A stretch of 64,000 bases of DNA from an uncultured Clostridia bacterium (GTDB taxonomy: Bacteria > Bacillota > Clostridia > Oscillospirales > CAG-272). Position 1 is the stretch's first letter. Each line of letters opens with the position of its first letter. Made by a program: the position numbers and the translations under genes. The stretch lies in the NCBI GenBank assembly GCA_944391805.1, contig CALXUY010000093.1, positions 4,688-68,687 on the forward strand, in the 5' to 3' direction. Below the pieces are notes generated by a model. The model had not been told where the DNA came from. It did no database searches and was given only the letters and a program-made list of their open reading frames with translations. This document shows, one piece after another, positions 54,621 to 61,662 of this stretch.

Positions 54621-55973
54621 ATGTCAAGAATCGGTTTTGTTGGATTCGGAGAAGTAAACACCCCGGTGGAGGTGGTCGCCCGGAAGTGCGCCGCAGCCGA
54701 GGCAGCGCTCCGGGCTGAGGGGCTGGAGCTGCTGTCGGTTTACCCCATTGCGGATGATGAGGGGGAGACGCAGATTGCGCACGCTGTGGCAGAGCTGAAG
54801 CGCGAGCCGTTTGATGCGCTGGTCGTCTGTGTTGCGGGCTGGATTCCCGCGCACGCGGTCATCAAGGTGACCGAGCATTACCGCCACCTGCCCATGGTGC
54901 TCTGGGGTCTGTGCGGCTGGTACGAGGGCGACCGGCTGGTTACCACGGCCGACCAGGCCGGTGCCTCCGGACTGCGCGCAGCCTTTGAGGGGCTCGGCTA
55001 TCGCTTCCGGTATGTGTATGATGTGGTGGGAAAACCGTGCAAAAGCGGCGCGGTAGCCGCATATTGCCGGGCGGCGTCTGCCGCACGGGAGCTGCTGCAC
55101 GCAAAGGTCGGCATGGCGGGCTACCGGGATATGAACCTGTACGGCACGCTGTACGACGGAATCTCTCTCAAACAGAAAACCGGTGTGGAAATTGAAACCT
55201 TCGAGCTGCTGGAGCTGCAGCAGCGATATGACAGGATTCCGGAGGCCGAAAAAAGATCGGTGGTGGAAGCCAGAATGGGGCGTTGGCATTTCCTCAAGCC
55301 CGCCGACGAGGGGACTATGATGAAGGCGGCAGGCTATTACCTCGCCGCAGCCGGGATTGCCGGGGAGCGGGGGTACAGCGCGCTCTCTCTGAAGGATGTG
55401 GACGGAATGAAAAAGCTGTGCGGCTTCCCCCCGGCGCCGGTTTTTATGCTGCTCTCGGAGGACGGTTATCCCACCATTCCGGAGAACGACTCTCTGGGCG
55501 CCGTCACGCAGCTCATGATCCGTCGTCTGACCGGTCAGCTCGGCGGGTATCTGGAATTTTATGAGTTCTTTGCGCACAGCGTTCTGGCCGGCGTGCCCGA
55601 CTTCATTGCGGCAGACATGATCGACGGCGATGCCTATACCGTGCTTCCCGCTACCTTCGGCGCGCTCAGTCAGGGCATTCTGAATGTTTCGCCGGTCAGA
55701 ACCGGTACCGTTACCATGTGCCGGCTGACCTGCGAGAGGGGCAGATACGTCATGCAGATGCTGCTCGGAGAGGGCAAAACGCCTCCGAAATGGGAGGAAT
55801 GCGGCTGGGAGCAGCCGGCCCCCCAGCTCTCGGCGCTGGAAATTGAAATTGCGGACGTGGAGCGCTTTGCCGAGCGGGTTGCCTGCCAGCACTACATCAT
55901 TGCTTACGGCGATCAGCGCGAGCCGCTGCGCAATCTCTGCCGGATTCTGGACATTGAAATTCTGGAGCTGTAA
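54621..55973 (+). CDS. L-fucose/L-arabinose isomerase family protein
   Basis: 450 aa. The Rossmann-like N-terminal layout (IGFVGFGEVNTP..., DALVVCVAGW) is typical of this family. No exact subfamily call. Confidence 0.55.
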   Translation: MSRIGFVGFGEVNTPVEVVARKCAAAEAALRAEGLELLSVYPIADDEGETQIAHAVAELKREPFDALVVCVAGWIPAHAVIKVTEHYRHLPMVLWGLCGWYEGDRLVTTADQAGASGLRAAFEGLGYRFRYVYDVVGKPCKSGAVAAYCRAASAARELLHAKVGMAGYRDMNLYGTLYDGISLKQKTGVEIETFELLELQQRYDRIPEAEKRSVVEARMGRWHFLKPADEGTMMKAAGYYLAAAGIAGERGYSALSLKDVDGMKKLCGFPPAPVFMLLSEDGYPTIPENDSLGAVTQLMIRRLTGQLGGYLEFYEFFAHSVLAGVPDFIAADMIDGDAYTVLPATFGALSQGILNVSPVRTGTVTMCRLTCERGRYVMQMLLGEGKTPPKWEECGWEQPAPQLSALEIEIADVERFAERVACQHYIIAYGDQREPLRNLCRILDIEILEL

Positions 55974-55987
55974 GGTGGTGAGCATGT

Positions 55988-56692
55988 ATGTATCGCAATT
56001 ATCATATCCGGCCACCCTTTTTTGAGATCGGCCCCAAATGCTATATGTGGGGGGAGCGGATGCTGCGGCTGGCCATGGCCATTGACCGGATTGCCTGTAA
56101 ATACGATCTGGATGTGATTGTCACGCCGCAATATACCGACATCCGGGCGTTGGTCGAGCACACGCAGAGAATTCATATCTATGCGCAGCACATGGATTCG
56201 CTCCGGCCCGGCAGGGGCATCGGCGCGGTGCTTCCCGAGGCGGTCAAGTCTGCGGGGGCTGTTGGGGTCATGCTGAACCACGCCGAAAGGAAGCTGAGCA
56301 TGGAGGCGCTTCGCACCACCATCCGCCGGGCGGACGAGGTGGGGCTGGCGACCATCGTCTGTGCGGACTCGGTGGAGGAGGTGCGCCGGGTGGCAGAGCT
56401 GGAGCCGAACCTGATTGTGGCGGAGCCGACCGACCGGATCGGAACCGGCGTTGCGAGCGACCTGCGGTATGTGCGCGAGACCATCGAGGCCGTTCAGAGC
56501 ATCCATCCCGAGATCATGGTGCTGCAGGGCGCGGGAATCTCCTGTCCCCAGGACGTGGAAAAGGTCATTCGGGCGGGGGCGCAGGCAACCGGATGCACCA
56601 GCGGGGTGATGCGGGCGGCGGACCCGGAGGCGGCGGCAGAGGAGCTGCTGCACGCCTTGCGGAAAACCTGGGACGAGGTGATGGGAGCATGA
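55988..56692 (+). CDS. Triose-phosphate isomerase family protein (short, archaeal-like paralog)
   Basis: GVMLNHAERK (NHSE-type), AEPTDRIGTG and LQGAGIS motifs. 234 aa. Confidence 0.7.
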   Translation: MYRNYHIRPPFFEIGPKCYMWGERMLRLAMAIDRIACKYDLDVIVTPQYTDIRALVEHTQRIHIYAQHMDSLRPGRGIGAVLPEAVKSAGAVGVMLNHAERKLSMEALRTTIRRADEVGLATIVCADSVEEVRRVAELEPNLIVAEPTDRIGTGVASDLRYVRETIEAVQSIHPEIMVLQGAGISCPQDVEKVIRAGAQATGCTSGVMRAADPEAAAEELLHALRKTWDEVMGA

Positions 56693-57315
56693 AGGAGAGC
56701 AGTTGGGCCGCTGCGATGCAGGCCTTTGAAATTGAGGCGGATTCGCTGCGGCAGACCGCCCGGGTGCAGAGCCGCGAGGCGTTTGCCTGCGCGGTCGGTC
56801 TGCTGGCACACGCTCCCCGCATCGCCGCCTCGGGATGCGGGCATTCAGGCATCGCCTGCCGCCATCTGGCGCATCTGATGTGCTGCGTCGAACGCCCGGC
56901 GCGCTTCCTGTCTCCGGCGGAGGCCGTTCATGGCGGCATGGGCTTTCTGCAGTCGGGCGACGTGATGGTGCTCGTCTCGCGGGGCGGGAAAACCGACGAG
57001 CTGCTGCCGATTGCGGACATCTGCCGCAGCAAGGGGGTGAAGGTCATCGGTGTGACCGAAAATGCCGCGTCGCCGTTGGCCGAAAAATCCGACGTGGTGC
57101 TCGCGCTGTCGGTCACACGGGAATGCGACCGATATAACTGTCAGGGTACCGCGAGCTTTGCCGCGACCTGCGCGGTTTTTGACGCGCTGCAGACCGCCGT
57201 CATTGAGGAGACCGGCTTTCAGAATCAGGCGTTTGCCGTGATCCATCCGGGCGGTGCGGTTGGCAAACGCTTGCGGGAGGCCCGCCAAGGGGCGGAACAC
57301 CCGCGTCCGTCATAA
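56689..57315 (+). CDS. SIS-domain sugar-phosphate isomerase (KpsF/GutQ-like core without CBS domains)
   Basis: ASGCGHSGIACRHLAHL...FLSPAEAVHGGMG...VLVSRGGKTDEL. ATGA overlap with the upstream gene. Confidence 0.7.
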   Translation: MKESSWAAAMQAFEIEADSLRQTARVQSREAFACAVGLLAHAPRIAASGCGHSGIACRHLAHLMCCVERPARFLSPAEAVHGGMGFLQSGDVMVLVSRGGKTDELLPIADICRSKGVKVIGVTENAASPLAEKSDVVLALSVTRECDRYNCQGTASFAATCAVFDALQTAVIEETGFQNQAFAVIHPGGAVGKRLREARQGAEHPRPS

Positions 57316-57342
57316 AAAAACATAGAAACGAGGAAAGAACAA

Positions 57343-57963
57343 ATGGAATTCAAGGTATATCAAAAGGAGCTGGAGCTGCAGTCCCGGGGATGGATCCCCA
57401 CCTTTCACGATGTTTCAAAGGAGGTTCTGGAAATTGTGCAGGCGTCCGGCGTGAAAAACGGGACCTGCTGCATCGCCTCCCACCACACCACCTGCTCGGT
57501 GATGGTGCAGGAGTGCTCGCATGATATTGACAGCTTTGATCTGGAGTTTTTGCAGCACGATCTGCTGGACATCATGCGCAAGCTGGTGCCCGACTTCCGG
57601 GAAGAGCACCAATACCGCCATCCGGGGCCGATTCATGCGCAGTTCGGCCGGTATGTCAACGAGCCGGGCGATTTTACCAGTATGAATACCGACGGACATC
57701 TGCGCTCGGACTTTTTCGGGCGGAGCGAGACCATGACCATTAAAGACGGCGTGTTGGACGGCGGAGAGTTCGCGCACATCTACTTTATCGACTGGGATCA
57801 GGTCAGAGCACGCCGCCGCCAGCTCAACATCACGGTTATGGGCACCACCGAGGATGTGGGCGACCGCAAATGGAACAACGGAGAGGTCATCAACACGCTG
57901 CACAAGTTCACCGATGAGGAAAAGGCCTTCGACGTACACTACACCCTGCAGCAGGAGAGATGA
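57343..57963 (+). CDS. YjbQ/UPF0047 family protein, extended (206 aa)
   Basis: IASHHTTCSVMVQE core motif. It is longer than the typical ~135-140 aa. Confidence 0.6.
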   Translation: MEFKVYQKELELQSRGWIPTFHDVSKEVLEIVQASGVKNGTCCIASHHTTCSVMVQECSHDIDSFDLEFLQHDLLDIMRKLVPDFREEHQYRHPGPIHAQFGRYVNEPGDFTSMNTDGHLRSDFFGRSETMTIKDGVLDGGEFAHIYFIDWDQVRARRRQLNITVMGTTEDVGDRKWNNGEVINTLHKFTDEEKAFDVHYTLQQER

Positions 57964-57964
57964 C

Positions 57965-58651
57965 ATGAAGCTGATACTGGATACAGCCGATCTGAACGAG
58001 ATCCGTTATTTCAACACTTACTATCCGATTGCGGGCGTTACCACAAACCCGAGCATCCTTGCCAGGGAGGGGGGAGACGTACTGGCGCTGCTGCGTGCCA
58101 TCCGGGAGGAGATCGGAGCCGAGAAGGAGCTGCATGTGCAGGTCGTGGAAACCGAATATGCGCGCATGGTGGAGGAGGCAAAGGCGATTGCCGCATTCCT
58201 CGGCGCGCATACGTATGTCAAAATTCCGGCCACCGACCAGGGCCTGCGGGCGGTGATGACCCTGAGCGGGCAGGGCTGCGGCGTGACCGTTACAGCCGTT
58301 CTGAGCGCCGCGCAGGCACTGCTTGCCTCCAATGCCGGGGCGGCTTACGTCGCGCCGTATGTCAGCAGGCTTGAGAATCTCTGCGAGAGCGGCATAGACA
58401 TGGTTGCCGATATTGCCGCTGTGTTTGCCTCTGCCGGGAGCAGGACCGAGATACTGTCCGCGAGCTTCAAAACCGCCAGAGAGGTGCTGGACGCCGCGCT
58501 CGCAGGCTCTCACGCGGCCACAATTGCACCGGAGGTGATGCGCCGGCTGCTGGCGCATCCGGCCACCGACAAGTCGATTGCCGGCTTTTCCTCGGATTGG
58601 GCAGGCGCTTTCGGAAGGGTCACGCTTCTGGAGCTTCTGTCCCGGAGGTGA
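57965..58651 (+). CDS. Fructose-6-phosphate aldolase / transaldolase family protein (TalC/Fsa type)
   Basis: MKLILDTADLNEI...IAGVTTNPSI...VKIPAT...YVAPYVSRL motifs. Start at ATG 57965. Confidence 0.85.
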   Translation: MKLILDTADLNEIRYFNTYYPIAGVTTNPSILAREGGDVLALLRAIREEIGAEKELHVQVVETEYARMVEEAKAIAAFLGAHTYVKIPATDQGLRAVMTLSGQGCGVTVTAVLSAAQALLASNAGAAYVAPYVSRLENLCESGIDMVADIAAVFASAGSRTEILSASFKTAREVLDAALAGSHAATIAPEVMRRLLAHPATDKSIAGFSSDWAGAFGRVTLLELLSRR

Positions 58652-58818
58652 CCGGCGCCCCGGCCTGTCCGGCGGGGTCTTCTGCTCCGGTCGATGCCGG
58701 TGAAACGCACAGGTACGGAGCCGCCCGCCTGCCGGATTTGGGGATATTCCCGCACACTGTCCTGTTGTTGGGTTCAACGTATCGGGCATCGCATCGCGCG
58801 CCGGCTCCATCTTTATCA

Positions 58819-58863
58819 CATGAGGCACAGCAGACCCATTCCGGCGGTCTGCTGTGCCTCATG
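58819..58863. terminator. Bidirectional hairpin between convergent genes
   Basis: Perfect 18-bp stem: CATGAGGCACAGCAGACC pairs with GGTCTGCTGTGCCTCATG, with a 9-nt loop. Confidence 0.65.
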
Positions 58864-58866
58864 TAT

Positions 58867-60339
58867 TCATTTTTCCGTTTCCGCTCCGTCAGCAGGCTTT
58901 GCGCCTTTTTTCGGGGTGGATTTTTTGAGTCGGACAAACAGCGAGAGCAATGCACGGCCGTTGAACGGAATCAGCGGGTAAAAATAAGAGTGCTTGCCGT
59001 TGACGGTTTTGTTTGTGACCAGCAGAATGAGGATTCCGACCACGCCGGCACAAAGTCCGATCAGACCGAAGAGCTGCACCAGAACCAGCAGCCCCATGCG
59101 CAGGAATTTGAAGGCGTATCCCAGCTCATAGCTGCGCTGTGTGAAGTTGGAAATGGCGACAAAGGCCATAAACACCAGCACCTCAGGTGTGAGCCAGCCC
59201 ATGCCGATGGCAAAGTCCCCGAGAATCAGACCGCTGACAACCGAGAGCGAGTTGGAAAGCATGTCCGGCGTGTTCATGGAGGCCATGCGCAGGCCGTCAA
59301 TCACCAGCTCGACCACAAGCAGTTGGGCGAATATGGGGATGGCCCCCGGCTCCTGCGGCAGACAGAAGGCCAGCCACCCGGGCACCAGCTCGGGGTGGTT
59401 GACAAACAGCAGCCAGACCGGTGTGAGGAACAGGGTTGCCCAGAACACCAGATGCCGCAGCACGCGGATATAGGTTCCGGTCAGAGGCGGGATATAAAAA
59501 TCGTTGGTTTCCTGCAGAAAATCGAAGATGGAGGTGGGGAGAATCATTACCTCGGGCGAATTGTCGCACAGCACCAGCACGCTGCCCTCCAGAAGCTGTG
59601 CGGCTGCCGCGTCGGGCCGCTCGGTATACCGGATTTTGGGGAACGGATTGTACCATTTGCGGTGAATCAGCAGCTCAGCGAGCGACTCATGCCCCATGGT
59701 CAGCGAGCTTGGCTCCAGCTCCCGCAGGCGGCGGTCGAGATACTGCACATAGCGGGAGTCGGCCTGTCCCTCCATAAAGCAGAGCACCACATCGGTGCGG
59801 CTTTTCTTTCCCACCGTCAGATAGCGCATGGTCAGCGCGGTGTCCCGAATCCGCCGGCGGATCAGTGCGGTATTGAAGATCAGCGTTTCCACAAAGCCGT
59901 CCCGGGGGCCGAGCATCACACGGTCGTTCTGCGGCTCCTCCACCGAGCGGGTGGGGTAGCCTCTGGCGTCGATGATCAGCGCAAAGGGGCCGAAGGTCTC
60001 ACCGAGCAGCAGCGACGCTCCCGAGAGCAGCATCTGCACCATGGTCTGCGGGTTGGAGGAAACCTCGGCCTCCACAAAGGGCACATGGTGATTGGCGAAG
60101 TACTCCGCGCAGCTTTTTCCGTCCCGCTGCTCCGGCTCTCCGAGTCCCCCGAGTGACAAAAAGTAGATCATCAGCTTTTCCATCAGGCTGCTGTCCACAA
60201 AGCCGTCGATGAAATAGAGCGTCAGCTCCTGCTTTCCCAGAACCAGGGGCTTTTTGATGATGTCAAAATTTTCACTGACCCGCAGCGCCGCATCGGTCCG
60301 GCGCACATTTTCCCGGTAGTCTCCGCACAGCTCCAGCAT
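58867..60339 (-). CDS. Spore germination protein, GerA-family A subunit / SpoVAF-like
   Basis: GYPTRSVEEPQNDRVMLGPRDGFVETL...NTALIRRRIRD signature and a C-terminal TM bundle. ATG 60339 has SD AAGGAGAG; the track start 61023 is not used. Confidence 0.8.
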   Translation of the reverse strand: MLELCGDYRENVRRTDAALRVSENFDIIKKPLVLGKQELTLYFIDGFVDSSLMEKLMIYFLSLGGLGEPEQRDGKSCAEYFANHHVPFVEAEVSSNPQTMVQMLLSGASLLLGETFGPFALIIDARGYPTRSVEEPQNDRVMLGPRDGFVETLIFNTALIRRRIRDTALTMRYLTVGKKSRTDVVLCFMEGQADSRYVQYLDRRLRELEPSSLTMGHESLAELLIHRKWYNPFPKIRYTERPDAAAAQLLEGSVLVLCDNSPEVMILPTSIFDFLQETNDFYIPPLTGTYIRVLRHLVFWATLFLTPVWLLFVNHPELVPGWLAFCLPQEPGAIPIFAQLLVVELVIDGLRMASMNTPDMLSNSLSVVSGLILGDFAIGMGWLTPEVLVFMAFVAISNFTQRSYELGYAFKFLRMGLLVLVQLFGLIGLCAGVVGILILLVTNKTVNGKHSYFYPLIPFNGRALLSLFVRLKKSTPKKGAKPADGAETEK

Positions 60340-60481
60340 TCCGGTTCTCTCCTTTTTTCCGATTTCTCTGTCAAATAGTTTTTCAGGAAAAACCTGCATT
60401 GATTCCGGTATATTTTCCCACAAAGACACATACATATGAATCAAACGCCCGACTATGGGAAAAAGAAAGGATTGAAGCAAA

Positions 60482-61450
60482 ATGATGACTTCGTTCAAAC
60501 CGGAGGGAGAACTGTACGGAACACAGGGGAACCGGGATTTTCTCGCATCCCCGGCAGGGCTGGAGCGCGCCATGCTTTCGGGAAGCATCGTGGAAGGAAT
60601 CGCCACGGTTTGTGACAGCAGCCTGCGCCTGCATGTGGATCTGCAATGCGCGCACGGCATTCTGGAGCCGCAGGAGGCACTGCTCTGCCGCGCGGGGGAG
60701 AGCAGAAAGGACATTGCCATTGTCTCGCGCGTGGGTAAGCCGGTTGCGGTCCGCATACTGTCGCTGGAAAAGCAGAACGGCGAGCTGATCGCACGTCTTT
60801 CCCGTCGTCTGGCGCAGGAGGACTGTGTGCGGCAGTATCTCTCGGCGCTTCGCCCGGGGGATCTGATCCCGGCAAAGGTCACGCATCTGGAGAGCTTTGG
60901 CGCCTTTCTTGACATCGGCTGCGGAATTTCCTCTCTGCTTTCGGTGGACTGCATATCGGTCTCCCGCATAGCGCACCCGCGCGACAGGCTTTCCTGCGGG
61001 ATGTCGCTGACCGTTGCGGTCAAAGCGACCGACCGCGAAACCGGACGGATTTACGCGACCCTGCGCGAGCTGCTCGGCACCTGGGAGGAAAATGCCGCAC
61101 GGTTCGAGGCAGGCCAGACCGTGACCGGTATCATCCGGAGCGTGGAGAGCTACGGCGTGTTTGTGGAGCTGACTCCGAACCTCGCGGGGCTGGCGGAGAT
61201 CCGCTCGGAGGAGCATGCCGCCGAGCTGCGCGCAATGATCGGAAAGGGCGCGGCTGTGTATGTCAAAAGCATTGTGCCGGAGCGCATGAAGATCAAGCTG
61301 GTGCTCATCGACGCGGGCAACTGTACTCCCGCCCCAAAAAAGCTGATCTATTACATCGATCCGGTTACCACTCCGCACCTTTCGGATTGGGTTTATTCCC
61401 CGTCCGGTGCGCGAAAGCTGATTGAAACCCGCTTCGACGTGCCGGTGTAA
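60482..61450 (+). CDS. S1 RNA-binding domain protein (multiple S1 repeats)
   Basis: GDLIPAKVTHLESFGAFLDIGCGISSLL and GQTVTGIIRSVESYGVFVELTPNLAGL S1 motifs. Confidence 0.75.
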   Translation: MMTSFKPEGELYGTQGNRDFLASPAGLERAMLSGSIVEGIATVCDSSLRLHVDLQCAHGILEPQEALLCRAGESRKDIAIVSRVGKPVAVRILSLEKQNGELIARLSRRLAQEDCVRQYLSALRPGDLIPAKVTHLESFGAFLDIGCGISSLLSVDCISVSRIAHPRDRLSCGMSLTVAVKATDRETGRIYATLRELLGTWEENAARFEAGQTVTGIIRSVESYGVFVELTPNLAGLAEIRSEEHAAELRAMIGKGAAVYVKSIVPERMKIKLVLIDAGNCTPAPKKLIYYIDPVTTPHLSDWVYSPSGARKLIETRFDVPV

Positions 61451-61586
61451 GCGGCCGGTAAAGTTTATCCCGCGGGAAGCGGAGCGCCTGCGGCGCATTG
61501 CCGTTTTTTCCGGCGCGGATTGCCCCGGCCCGCCTGCACGCGCGCACATTTGGCAGCAAATGCAGCAATGATATTTGTAACAGCGC

Positions 61587-61624
61587 AAACGCCCCGCACT
61601 GTGTGTGCACAGTGCGGGGCGTTT
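61587..61624. terminator. Bidirectional hairpin terminator
   Basis: AAACGCCCCGCACTGTG pairs with CACAGTGCGGGGCGTTT (17-bp stem, 4-nt loop), flanked by A and T runs. Confidence 0.7.
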
Positions 61625-61662
61625 GTCTGTTTGGTTGTTCCGGGAATGCGGGGAGAACCCGA

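Noticed and set aside
58597-60156. 519-aa ORF on the plus strand
   Set aside because: It is antisense to the GerA-family gene, whose signature motifs are clear.
60340-61023. N-terminal extension of the GerA-family ORF (track start 61023)
   Set aside because: The extension is antisense to the S1-domain gene and Arg/Ser-rich. ATG 60339 has SD AAGGAGAG and gives the canonical ~490 aa.
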